A model generated the notes under the pieces. That model was not told the origin of the DNA. It saw nothing but the letters and a program-made list of their open reading frames with translations, and ran no database searches. From the NCBI GenBank assembly GCA_964427815.1, contig CAYRVZ010000003.1, positions 1 through 31,190 of the forward strand: 31,190 nt of DNA, given 5' to 3'. Positions 7,944 through 16,323 of the stretch are shown here, piece after piece. How positions within the stretch are numbered: the stretch's first letter is position 1; each line of letters opens with the position of its first letter. This DNA comes from an uncultured Saprospiraceae bacterium. GTDB lineage: Bacteria > Bacteroidota > Bacteroidia > Chitinophagales > Saprospiraceae. The translations under genes were made by a program, and so were the position numbers.

Positions 7944-8822
7944 ATGCTCTTTTCTATGACGGGTTTTGGTCGCTATGAACTCAAAACCTCTGACAAAACC
8001 GTTTCTGTCGAAATCAAATCCCTCAACAGTAAAGGATCCGACATCAGAGTCCGCTCCTCTTTGAGGCTCGGGGACAAAGAGATGACCTTGAGGAAAATGA
8101 TTACGGATTCACTCCAAAGAGGCAAAATTGATGTCATCATCGAAGTCGAGAAATTAGAAGATGAGGCGAATCATTCTATCAATATCCCACTTTTTAAGCA
8201 ATATCACCAAATCCTACAATCGCTCTCCACGGATTTAAATATCAATGATCCCAATATGCTTCAAGCTATTTTGAGAATCCCAGCGGTAGTCGATTCTAGC
8301 AATGCGCTCATTTCTGATGAGGACTGGGCAGATATTAAGGATTGTTTCAACAAAGCAGTTGTTCATTTGAAGTCCTTTCGGCAAAATGAGGGAAACAGCA
8401 TTCGCAAAGATTTTGAAGAGAGCGTTCATAAAATCAGTCAAGCGCTAGCCGAAGTGGGAAAATATGAACAAGCCCGTATAGACAAACAAAAGTTGCGTTT
8501 AGATAAGTTACTCTCAGAGCATTTGGGTTCTGAAAATATAGACGCAAATCGCTTTGAACAGGAAATCCTTTATTTTTTGGATAAAATAGATATTTCGGAA
8601 GAAAAAACTCGACTTTCTAAGCACTGTCACCACTTCCTAGAAAAGTTGAACGACAAGAAGAATCAACGGAAAGGTCGTGTGTTAGCATTCATTTCGCAAG
8701 AAATGGGCCGGGAAATTAATACACTTGGGGCAAAAGCCAACTCGTCAGATATGCAAGTCCTCGTGGTGAAAATGAAAGAAGAGCTAGAGAAGATAAAAGA
8801 ACAAATCTTGAACACACTTTAA
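7944..8822 (+). CDS. yicC: YicC/YloC family endoribonuclease
   Basis: SMTGFGR N-terminus, EIKSLNSK, DISEEKTRL, FISQEMGREINTLGAKAN; directly upstream of gmk as is typical. Confidence 0.95.
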   Translation: MLFSMTGFGRYELKTSDKTVSVEIKSLNSKGSDIRVRSSLRLGDKEMTLRKMITDSLQRGKIDVIIEVEKLEDEANHSINIPLFKQYHQILQSLSTDLNINDPNMLQAILRIPAVVDSSNALISDEDWADIKDCFNKAVVHLKSFRQNEGNSIRKDFEESVHKISQALAEVGKYEQARIDKQKLRLDKLLSEHLGSENIDANRFEQEILYFLDKIDISEEKTRLSKHCHHFLEKLNDKKNQRKGRVLAFISQEMGREINTLGAKANSSDMQVLVVKMKEELEKIKEQILNTL

Positions 8823-8823
8823 T

Positions 8824-9411
8824 ATGCTAAGTATAGGAAAGAAAACCATTGCTGTAACTGCGCCTTCGGGGGCAGGGAAGACGACTATTGTTCGGCATCT
8901 AATGGAGCATTTTTCAGAAATGGCCTTCTCCGTCTCAGCGACCACTCGTAAGAAAAGACCTAATGAAAAAGAAGGGAAGGACTACTTCTTCCTATCGGAA
9001 TCGGAATTCAAGGAAAAAATAAAGAACGGAGATTTTGTCGAGTGGGAAGAAGTTTACCCAAATGTCTTTTATGGAACTTTAAAGTCAGAAGTCGAACGTG
9101 TCCAAAACATAGGCAAAGTGGTGGTATTCGACATAGATGTCAAAGGCGCCATTAATCTCAAAAAAGCTTTTAATGATTCTTGTCTGACAATATTCATTAA
9201 GCCTCCTAGTATTGAAACCTTGCGTGAAAGGTTAATGAACAGGCATACAGAGGATGAAAAGGCCATTGATAAAAGGATTGAAAAGGCGGCTTATGAACTT
9301 GCTTATGAGGATAGGTTTGACATTACACTGACCAATGATGTTTTGGAGAAAGCACTTATAAATGCAAAAACTATCGTAAAAGCTTTTTTTAATCTAAAAT
9401 TACCTTTATAA
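8824..9411 (+). CDS. gmk: Guanylate kinase
   Basis: P-loop APSGAGKTT, SVSATTRKKRPNEKEGKDYFF, FVEWEEV, FDIDVKGA. Confidence 0.96.
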   Translation: MLSIGKKTIAVTAPSGAGKTTIVRHLMEHFSEMAFSVSATTRKKRPNEKEGKDYFFLSESEFKEKIKNGDFVEWEEVYPNVFYGTLKSEVERVQNIGKVVVFDIDVKGAINLKKAFNDSCLTIFIKPPSIETLRERLMNRHTEDEKAIDKRIEKAAYELAYEDRFDITLTNDVLEKALINAKTIVKAFFNLKLPL

Positions 9412-9433
9412 TTGCCCTTAAATAATTCTATAT

Positions 9434-9817
9434 ATGCCGTTATCAGTCACAGAAGGAATAGAAATCAGCGTAACCGCTAGGTTTGAAATGCATGAATCCA
9501 ATATTCGGCTGGAAAAATATGTCTATAGTTATGAAGTGACCATCACAAATACGAATAATTTTCCTGTAAGATTAACTAAAAGAAAATGGCGTATTTTTGA
9601 TGCTAGTGGAAGTATCAGCCTTGTACAGGGTGATGGTGTCATCGGAATAAGCCCAGTTATTAAGCCAGGAGAATATCATCAATATAGCTCTTGGTCGCAA
9701 GTCAAATCCCCGCTCGGTACAATGTCCGGGTCTTATCTGATGGAAAAAGAAGGCGGAGAAAGCTTTTGGGTCGAAATTCCTGAGTTTTATCTTGTCTTTT
9801 TTGGAAAGTTAAATTAA
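9434..9817 (+). CDS. apaG: ApaG family protein
   Basis: YSYEVTITN, RKWRIFDASG, VQGDGVIGISPVIKPGE, GTMSGSYLM. Confidence 0.94.
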   Translation: MPLSVTEGIEISVTARFEMHESNIRLEKYVYSYEVTITNTNNFPVRLTKRKWRIFDASGSISLVQGDGVIGISPVIKPGEYHQYSSWSQVKSPLGTMSGSYLMEKEGGESFWVEIPEFYLVFFGKLN

Positions 9818-9819
9818 CA

Positions 9820-10455
9820 CTAAAAAAGCCCATTTAATTCTCCTTCTACCTGATTGATAATGTAGCCCAAATCCTCCGCATTATTCACGAAGTCAATATC
9901 ATCTGTTTTGATGATTAGTAGATTACCTTCGGTGTAGTTATCAATCCAATTGTTATAGCGTTCATTCAATTTTTTTAGATAATCTATGCTGATGCTACCT
10001 TCATAGTCTCTGCCCCGTTTGTGAATATTGCCCACTAATGTAGAAATATCTGCACGCAAATAGACTAATAAATCGGGGGGCTTGACTTGGGCGCTCATGG
10101 TCTTAAATAGATCGAAGTAATTATCAAAATCTCGCTTCTGCATCAAGCCCATTTCATGTAGATTGGGGGCAAAGATGAAAGCGTCTTCATAAATAGTCCG
10201 ATCTTGGATGATGATTTTATCGCCTTTTTGGATGTCAACGATTTGGCGGTAACGACTATTAAGGAAGAAAATCTGAAGGTTAAAAGACCAACGGTGCATG
10301 TCATCATAAAAGTCTCCTAAATAGGGATTCGTTTCGGTGTCTTCATAATGCACCTCCCAGCCAAAATGCTTGGCTAAAAGACCAGTCAATGTGGTCTTGC
10401 CAGCGCCTATATTTCCAGCAATGGCAACATGCTTTAGAGATTTAATCTTACTCAT
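9820..10455 (-). CDS. Deoxynucleoside kinase
   Basis: IAGNIGAGKTT, FNLQIFFLNSR, QDRTIYED, PDLLVYL, RGRDYE motifs. Confidence 0.94.
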   Translation of the reverse strand: MSKIKSLKHVAIAGNIGAGKTTLTGLLAKHFGWEVHYEDTETNPYLGDFYDDMHRWSFNLQIFFLNSRYRQIVDIQKGDKIIIQDRTIYEDAFIFAPNLHEMGLMQKRDFDNYFDLFKTMSAQVKPPDLLVYLRADISTLVGNIHKRGRDYEGSISIDYLKKLNERYNNWIDNYTEGNLLIIKTDDIDFVNNAEDLGYIINQVEGELNGLF

Positions 10456-10515
10456 AGTGTCAACTTTAGTGGCTAGTTTTGAATGGTAGTGGTGTGTTAC
10501 TTGGGCTTCCTGCTA

Positions 10516-10523
10516 CAAAAGTA
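10516..10523 (-). promoter_or_regulatory. -7 element (TACTTTTG) for the deoxynucleoside kinase gene
   Basis: Exact TAnnTTTG match on the minus strand, about 60 nt upstream of the start. Confidence 0.6.
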
Positions 10524-10618
10524 CAATGTATTTAACAATTAATGAAAGGAAATACCAAAAAGTGTGCTTAACATATTGTACAAAAGGACAAGGCACAATT
10601 AACAGGACAGAAAGTGCA

Positions 10619-10836
10619 GATAAACCAAAGCAGTTTATCATCATTAACGGCGCTTCCTTCCTAGTAGCTGTTGGATTAGTTGGAAGTATTGACCTAGTCG
10701 CTATACGAGCAAGAGGATGGAGTGTGGCTCAGTACGAATACTATCTCGCTTCCTCGCAGCTAGCTGTAATCCTTAGCTTCCTCAATTCCTCACGCTTCGC
10801 TCAGCGATGAATTTGGTGGAGAAAAATGACCTTCCT
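10619..10836. other. GC-elevated intergenic island with repeated CTTCCT/AGGAAG and REP-like units
   Basis: About 49% GC over 10651-10810 by hand count. CTTCCT starts at 10653, 10657, 10749, 10777 and 10831. Hairpin at 10619-10639; REP-like stem at 10785-10810. Confidence 0.4.
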
Positions 10837-10870
10837 ATCTAATTATTACCCATGAAAACGACTTAATTCC

Positions 10871-10878
10871 TATATTTG
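10871..10878 (+). promoter_or_regulatory. -7 element (TATATTTG) for the ABC ATPase operon
   Basis: Exact TAnnTTTG match 33 nt upstream of ATG 10912. Confidence 0.65.
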
Positions 10879-10911
10879 TCTTGCATTTTTGCGCAAGCTA
10901 ATCCATGCCTT

Positions 10912-11631
10912 ATGTCTCAAAAAATCATTTTCGAAACGAAACATTTGCAGAAAACCTACACGCTTGGGTCTGAAAAAGTGCATGCTTTGCGGGATGTATC
11001 CCTAAAGATTTATAAAAATGATTTTGTGGCTTTAATGGGACCATCGGGTTCGGGCAAATCTACTTTTATGAATTTGATTGGTTGCTTGGACACTCCGACC
11101 AAAGGGGATTATTTTCTCAATGGAAAGGATGTCAGCAATATGAATGACAATGAAATGGCGGTCGTTCGGAATCAAGAAATAGGCTTTGTCTTCCAAACTT
11201 TTAATCTTTTACCTAGACTCACGGCTTTAGAAAATGTCGCGTTGCCTCTTATTTATGCGGGGTATTCCAAATCCGAAAGACTGGACATTGCCCGTCAAAA
11301 ATTAGAATCCGTTGGGCTAGGGGATAGAGTCCTACACAAGCCCAATGAACTCTCTGGAGGTCAACGCCAACGGGTTGCCATAGCTCGCGCATTGGTTAAT
11401 AGCCCAGCCATTATCTTAGCGGATGAGCCCACGGGTAATTTGGATACGAAGACTTCTGTGGAAATAATGGGCATTCTAGAAAAACTCCATGAGGAGGGAA
11501 ATACCATTATTATCGTGACGCATGAACCGGATATCGCTGAACATACCCATAGGATTATTCGTTTACGGGATGGACTAATTGAATCGGATGAGGTGAATCC
11601 TACTCCTGTTCGAGCTTATTCGAGAACTTAA
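10912..11631 (+). CDS. ABC transporter ATP-binding protein (LolD/MacB-like)
   Basis: Walker A GPSGSGKS, signature [30 protein letters not shown]. True start is ATG 10912 (MSQKIIFE); the TTG at 10876 overlaps the promoter. Confidence 0.95.
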   Translation: MSQKIIFETKHLQKTYTLGSEKVHALRDVSLKIYKNDFVALMGPSGSGKSTFMNLIGCLDTPTKGDYFLNGKDVSNMNDNEMAVVRNQEIGFVFQTFNLLPRLTALENVALPLIYAGYSKSERLDIARQKLESVGLGDRVLHKPNELSGGQRQRVAIARALVNSPAIILADEPTGNLDTKTSVEIMGILEKLHEEGNTIIIVTHEPDIAEHTHRIIRLRDGLIESDEVNPTPVRAYSRT

Positions 11632-11642
11632 TACCCATTGTA

Positions 11643-12200
11643 ATGGCTTTTAAAATATACACAAAAACGGGAGATTTAGGCGAAACTGGACTTTATGGAG
11701 GTAAGCGGTTGCCCAAAAACCACGTCAGAATTTCCGCATACGGAATGGTCGATGAGCTGAATGCGCATATCGGACACCTTCGAGATTTAATAATAAACAC
11801 AAATCAGCGAACGGAATTGCTGCAAATACAGCATACCTTATTTAATGTAGGAGCATATTTGGCTGCTACTAATAAGATGATTGCAAAGTTGCCCAAAGTA
11901 GGTGAAGTAGATATTACTTTTCTCGAAAATTCTATTGATGAAATGGAAAAGACTTTGGCACCTATGGTCGCTTTTATTTTGCCAGGAGGGCATCCGACAG
12001 TTTCTTTTGCCCATATCGTACGGACGGTTTGTCGCCGTGCAGAAAGAGAAACCGTCGCCTTACATCACGTAGAAGCAATTGATCCAATTCATTTTCAATA
12101 TTTAAATCGATTGTCAGATTATATATTTGTATTAAGTCGAAAAATTGCAGCAGAACTCAAGGTAGCAGAAGTCAATTGGTTGCCTAAAAAAGAAAGCTAA
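11643..12200 (+). CDS. pduO: ATP:cob(I)alamin adenosyltransferase (PduO type)
   Basis: KIYTKTGDLGETGL, AYGMVDELNAHIG, FILPGG, RTVCRRAER, YLNRLSDYIF. Confidence 0.95.
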   Translation: MAFKIYTKTGDLGETGLYGGKRLPKNHVRISAYGMVDELNAHIGHLRDLIINTNQRTELLQIQHTLFNVGAYLAATNKMIAKLPKVGEVDITFLENSIDEMEKTLAPMVAFILPGGHPTVSFAHIVRTVCRRAERETVALHHVEAIDPIHFQYLNRLSDYIFVLSRKIAAELKVAEVNWLPKKES

Positions 12201-12236
12201 AAGCGACGAATCCTATAAATTGCCTACCTTAGCTGT

Positions 12237-14312
12237 ATGTTAGATAAAGTGAAATCTATAACTTTACAGATTCCCAGATTTGGGAAGGTCGTGATCCCTT
12301 TGGCGGCCATTTTCTTGATTGGTTTTTTGATGCCCCGAGAGACCCGTTTTCCCTATGAGTTTGAAGAAGGGGAGGTTTGGCGTTATGGGGATATGATTGC
12401 CCCTTTTGATTACTCATTGTATAAGTCTGAAGAGAGCATTCTTACGGAAAAAGAGCGAATCCTTGAAGGGTTTAGCCCTTATTTCATGATAGATAATCAG
12501 GTGCAGTACCGCATGCAAACTGCTTTTTCCGAGGGTTTTGATCGGCAGATGCAGGAAGAGAAAAGCAACCCCGCTTATTCGGACGTTGTATTTCAACAAA
12601 GGGCTTATAAGTCAGTAGGTAAAGGGCTTTTGTTGGCTATCTACCATGCTGGAATGATTGGGCAGGATAGCATACTGAATGGCAAGGATAACTCTTTTGT
12701 GATTAATGTGATCGATGGTAACGCGACCTTTAAGCGAACTTTGGGTAATCTGTATAATGCGCGCACAGCTTATGAGTTTATTACAGATTCTTTGCCGCAT
12801 ACGCGCATTCGAAATCCTGAGTTTTTACTTCCATTGCTGGAAAAGGGGCTTTTGCCTAATTTGATTTATAATGATTCGCTTACGCAAAAATATCAAAATC
12901 AAGAGTTGAGCAGCTTGTCTAAAACGGTGGGTTCTATCAAAGCGGGCGATTTAATTTTGGCAAATAATACTCGGATCAGTGCAGCCGATTTTCAAAAATT
13001 ATCTTCCCTCAAAAAACATTATGAATCTGGGCAAGAAGGTCAATACACCGACTTGTTTATGATGCTTGGCAACTTTGCTTTGATTGGCTTGATATTATTA
13101 ATACTGTACGTCTATTTGCGCAAGTATAACGAAGATAATTACAATCGATTTGGGGACTTACTATTAATATTCCTTTGGCCTGTTTTCTTTGGTTTATTGT
13201 CCATATTTGTTGTGAAAAATGCGAGTATTAGTCCGTATTTTATTCCATTTGCAATTGTGCCTTTAGTGACGAAAAGTTTTTTCCCAATTCGGCTAACCAT
13301 GGCTTTGCATTTAGTGGTAGTTATTCTGTCAACGTTGATATTAGGATTGGGTTTTGATTTTTTGATGATGCAATTATTAGTGGGTGTGGTGGCTTTAATT
13401 GTTAGCCAAGAAACACGCTATTGGGGGCATTTTTTTGGCACCATTGGTTTAATAATTTTAACTTATGTTGTGTTGCTATTTTTGTTGAGTTTTGTAAAGA
13501 ATGGAGCGGTGGCATCTGTTGATTTTAAGTGGATTAGTTGGTTGATGCTCAATGGTTTATTGCTTTTGATTGCGTATCCTCTGATTCCATTATTTGGCAA
13601 ATTATTTGGAAAGTTGACAGGGATTCAATTAGCTGAATTGTCAGATTTTAATCACCCTTTATTAAAGGACCTTTCAGTCAAAGCACCGGGTACTTTTCAA
13701 CATTCTTTGCAAGTTGCAAATTTGGCGGAAGCCGCCGCAGATTCCATAGGAGCAAATGCTTTATTAGTGAAAGTGGCCGCACTGTTTCATGATATTGGAA
13801 AAATGAATAATCCAATGTATTTTATTGAAAACCAAAAAGGAAAAAACGCCCATGATACGATTTCTTCAAGTGAAAGTGCAAAGATTATAATAGACCATGT
13901 AGCAGACGGAATAAAGCTGGGCAAAAAGCATTCTTTGCCAAAGGAAATCATCAGCATGATCTGGTCGCACCACGGCACTAGTCGAGTAGAATATTTTTAT
14001 AGAACAGAGATGAAAGAGAAAGGGGAATCGGCTGTGAATCCAAAAGATTTTACCTACCCAGGGCCTCGTCCCAAAACGAAGGAAGAAGTTATTTTGATGA
14101 TTGCAGATTCATTGGAAGCGGCCTCACACTCTTTGAAAGAGCCAAATGAAAAAAATCTAGACGAGTTGATTAAAAAAGTCATTGCAAATAAAAAAAGTAC
14201 CAACCAATTTGACGAAAGTGAAATGACTTTCTTAGAATTTGAAACGATTATAGATACCATTCGCAGGCGCCTACATTCCATTCACCACATTCGGGTAGCG
14301 TACCCAGACTAG
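12237..14312 (+). CDS. 7TM-HD / HDIG phosphohydrolase (PgpH-like)
   Basis: N-terminal TM, extracellular domain and 7TM region, then APGTFQHSLQVANLAE, FHDIGK, SHHGT, YPGPRPKTKE, MIADSLEAA. Confidence 0.92.
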   Translation: MLDKVKSITLQIPRFGKVVIPLAAIFLIGFLMPRETRFPYEFEEGEVWRYGDMIAPFDYSLYKSEESILTEKERILEGFSPYFMIDNQVQYRMQTAFSEGFDRQMQEEKSNPAYSDVVFQQRAYKSVGKGLLLAIYHAGMIGQDSILNGKDNSFVINVIDGNATFKRTLGNLYNARTAYEFITDSLPHTRIRNPEFLLPLLEKGLLPNLIYNDSLTQKYQNQELSSLSKTVGSIKAGDLILANNTRISAADFQKLSSLKKHYESGQEGQYTDLFMMLGNFALIGLILLILYVYLRKYNEDNYNRFGDLLLIFLWPVFFGLLSIFVVKNASISPYFIPFAIVPLVTKSFFPIRLTMALHLVVVILSTLILGLGFDFLMMQLLVGVVALIVSQETRYWGHFFGTIGLIILTYVVLLFLLSFVKNGAVASVDFKWISWLMLNGLLLLIAYPLIPLFGKLFGKLTGIQLAELSDFNHPLLKDLSVKAPGTFQHSLQVANLAEAAADSIGANALLVKVAALFHDIGKMNNPMYFIENQKGKNAHDTISSSESAKIIIDHVADGIKLGKKHSLPKEIISMIWSHHGTSRVEYFYRTEMKEKGESAVNPKDFTYPGPRPKTKEEVILMIADSLEAASHSLKEPNEKNLDELIKKVIANKKSTNQFDESEMTFLEFETIIDTIRRRLHSIHHIRVAYPD

Positions 14313-14418
14313 CTCGGTCGTGATTCAAATATCCTGCGGTGTTTGGATATCACAACGAAGCCTACCAATTATTTAGAAATCTATCCGGAGTTGTCAAAGG
14401 ATTTTGCAGCAAAATTGC

Positions 14419-14426
14419 TACTTTTG
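14419..14426 (+). promoter_or_regulatory. -7 element (TACTTTTG) for cmk
   Basis: Exact TAnnTTTG match 20 nt upstream of ATG 14447. Confidence 0.6.
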
Positions 14427-14446
14427 CATTCAAAGAGAAATTAATC

Positions 14447-15112
14447 ATGCGACCAAAGAAGATCATAGCTATAGACGGGCATTCAGGGTGTGGAAAAAGC
14501 ACTTTGGCAAAAGCAGTCGCTGATGCTTGTGGCTATCTTTATATTGACTCTGGGGCGATGTATCGGGCTGTTACGTGGTATTTACTAAAAGAGCAAGTGG
14601 ACATTAGTGACGAAGCTCAGGTCATCAAAGCTATCGATGACTTGGACATTACTTTTGTAAAAGCAGAGCTGGGGGATCATGTGGCCGTAAATGGGGAGGA
14701 TGTAGAACGATATATCAGAACCATGGAAGTGTCTAATCATGTAAGTCCGGTGGCTGTTTTAGGCTCTGTGCGAGACAAATTAGTTGCTTTACAGCAAAAA
14801 ACGGCCGCTCAAGGAGGTGTCGTCATGGATGGTCGAGACATCGGGACCGTTGTATTTCCCAACGCAGATTTAAAGATATTCCTTACCGCAGATGTAGAAA
14901 CCAGAGTGGCTCGCCGAGTGAAAGAATTATTAGAAACGGGTAAACCTGCCTCTGTCACCCAAGTCAGAAAAAATCTTGAAGAAAGAGATCACATCGATTC
15001 CAACAGAGCAATTAGCCCACTGCGCAAAGCAGAGGATGCAATTGTGATTGATAATTCGAATATGACGAAAAGACAACAATTGGCTCATGTTTTAAAACTA
15101 ATAGATTTATAG
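14447..15112 (+). CDS. cmk: Cytidylate kinase
   Basis: IAIDGHSGCGKST, YIDSGAMYRA, VMDGRDIGTVVFPNADLKIFLTA. True start is ATG 14447 (MRPKKII). Confidence 0.96.
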   Translation: MRPKKIIAIDGHSGCGKSTLAKAVADACGYLYIDSGAMYRAVTWYLLKEQVDISDEAQVIKAIDDLDITFVKAELGDHVAVNGEDVERYIRTMEVSNHVSPVAVLGSVRDKLVALQQKTAAQGGVVMDGRDIGTVVFPNADLKIFLTADVETRVARRVKELLETGKPASVTQVRKNLEERDHIDSNRAISPLRKAEDAIVIDNSNMTKRQQLAHVLKLIDL

Positions 15113-15209
15113 TTGCTAACGAAAGAGAAGCTTGGGAAAGTCGTTCATACTTAGGCTAAGAAAAAACAACAATATTGCTAGCAATCCAAGTTAAATGCTC
15201 AAAAAGCCT

Positions 15210-15217
15210 TACTTTTG
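15210..15217 (+). promoter_or_regulatory. -7 element (TACTTTTG) for the lipoprotein-DUF6794 pair
   Basis: Exact TAnnTTTG match 19 nt upstream of ATG 15237. Confidence 0.6.
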
Positions 15218-15236
15218 AAAACAAAATCACTAAATT

Positions 15237-15593
15237 ATGACTAGATTATACACCGTCTTGATGCTGCTACTTGTTTTTACCGCTTGCCAAGATAATAAGT
15301 TAGACACCACGCAGTTGAAGGCAAATTGGACATTAGTTGAAGGTTTTAGAAATGATAAGCCTTCCGATATGCTAGAGGGTATTTATTTTAATTTTAGTGA
15401 AAATGGCACCGTGGAAACTAATTTTATGGGCGTAGTAGAACAAGGGACTTATCAACTCGCTGAGGCAGAATTGACCCTAGAAACTTCAAAGAAAACTAAG
15501 TTTAAGGTAATAAGTCTTGATGGGGATGAGTTAGTATTAAAAGCTAACTTGATGGGGACTAGCTTTCGGTTTGAATTGGAAAAAACTAAATGA
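15237..15593 (+). CDS. Lipoprotein with lipocalin-like beta-barrel domain
   Basis: Lipobox FTAC; LKANWTL, FNFSENGT, GTYQL, ISLDGDELVL pattern of lipocalin-like domains. Confidence 0.75.
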   Translation: MTRLYTVLMLLLVFTACQDNKLDTTQLKANWTLVEGFRNDKPSDMLEGIYFNFSENGTVETNFMGVVEQGTYQLAEAELTLETSKKTKFKVISLDGDELVLKANLMGTSFRFELEKTK

Positions 15594-16102
15594 TGATAAG
15601 AACGATTCTTTTGTTGGCTTGCGGGGTTCTTTTTTTTAATTCACCCATTTTTGGACAACCCAATAGAGCCTCTGTTCATCAAGACAGTGTGTGGAAAGTA
15701 AACTATCAAAAGCGTATTAAAAAAGCCAAACTATTTGGCATTTATATCCCACAAAATATGGGTGATGCGCACCGCCGCCTATCCAAATTAATCTCTCCAG
15801 AAGCCAGGCAAAAGTTTGATATGATGACGGAAGATCAGGTGGCGCATAAACTTTTCTTTAGCCTTGGAAGATGGATTATTTTAAACTGGGGATTGGAAGA
15901 AGGGTCAAGGTTGAGTCATGATTTGCGCAAGCTAGGACTCTCTCATCCTGAGGATATGGCCCAATTCCTAATGATTACCTACCATCGCAAACGACAGCGA
16001 CTCCCGTTTAATGCCAAACCCCTCATAGATAAACTAGTTAAGGCTAGAAAGGAAGAATGGCAAAAGCGGCACAAAGTTATTTCTATTCCAGCCTCCGATT
16101 AG
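15590..16102 (+). CDS. DUF6794-like secreted protein
   Basis: Signal peptide; SLGRWIILNWGLEEGSRL...LGLSHPEDMAQFLMITYHR motif. ATGA overlap with the upstream stop suggests translational coupling. Confidence 0.75.
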   Translation: MMIRTILLLACGVLFFNSPIFGQPNRASVHQDSVWKVNYQKRIKKAKLFGIYIPQNMGDAHRRLSKLISPEARQKFDMMTEDQVAHKLFFSLGRWIILNWGLEEGSRLSHDLRKLGLSHPEDMAQFLMITYHRKRQRLPFNAKPLIDKLVKARKEEWQKRHKVISIPASD

Positions 16103-16250
16103 TACCTAATAGAAAAAAAGATTTATTTTTTCATAGCGGAGCTTTTAATATATATAATTGATTTACAATAGATTGAGCGGTGTTTTTGATGCCACCGCCT
16201 ACCTTATATATAGGTAACAAAATAGCGGTTCTTGCGTAAATCTAAAATCC

Positions 16251-16274
16251 TTGTTATAAATTGTTATACATTTG
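16251..16274 (+). promoter_or_regulatory. topA promoter: TACATTTG -7 element overlapped by a TTGTTATA direct repeat
   Basis: TACATTTG at 16267-16274; TTGTTATA at 16251 and 16261 (10-bp period). Confidence 0.55.
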
Positions 16275-16323
16275 CATCCTGAAATAACTTGGAGTCATTT
16301 CCTCAAATGAAAAAAAACACCTA

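Noticed and set aside
9817-9820. Convergent apaG and dNK stops only 2 nt apart with no terminator
   Set aside because: Common in compact Bacteroidota genomes; no further evidence of antisense regulation.
10650-10670. AGGAAGGAAGCG resembling SRP RNA domain IV
   Set aside because: The required UCC before the GGAA loop and the flanking stem are absent.
10526-10810. 94-aa plus-strand ORF in the dNK/ABC intergenic region
   Set aside because: No recognisable motif; it starts across the divergent dNK promoter and is better explained by the repeat-like, GC-elevated island suppressing stop codons.
10814-10821. CTCCACCA on the minus strand, resembling a tmRNA/tRNA 3' end or att core
   Set aside because: No preceding TPsiC arm (GGTTCGA...), no matching 5' acceptor strand and no integrase nearby.
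14339-14446. 36-codon extension of cmk from GTG 14339
   Set aside because: It contains the TACTTTTG promoter element, and the Cmk fold starts at MRPKKIIAIDG.
16177-16215. GCGGTG/CACCGC and ACCT/AGGT hairpins upstream of topA
   Set aside because: Short stems with no U-tract, lying upstream of the predicted promoter; insufficient for a call.
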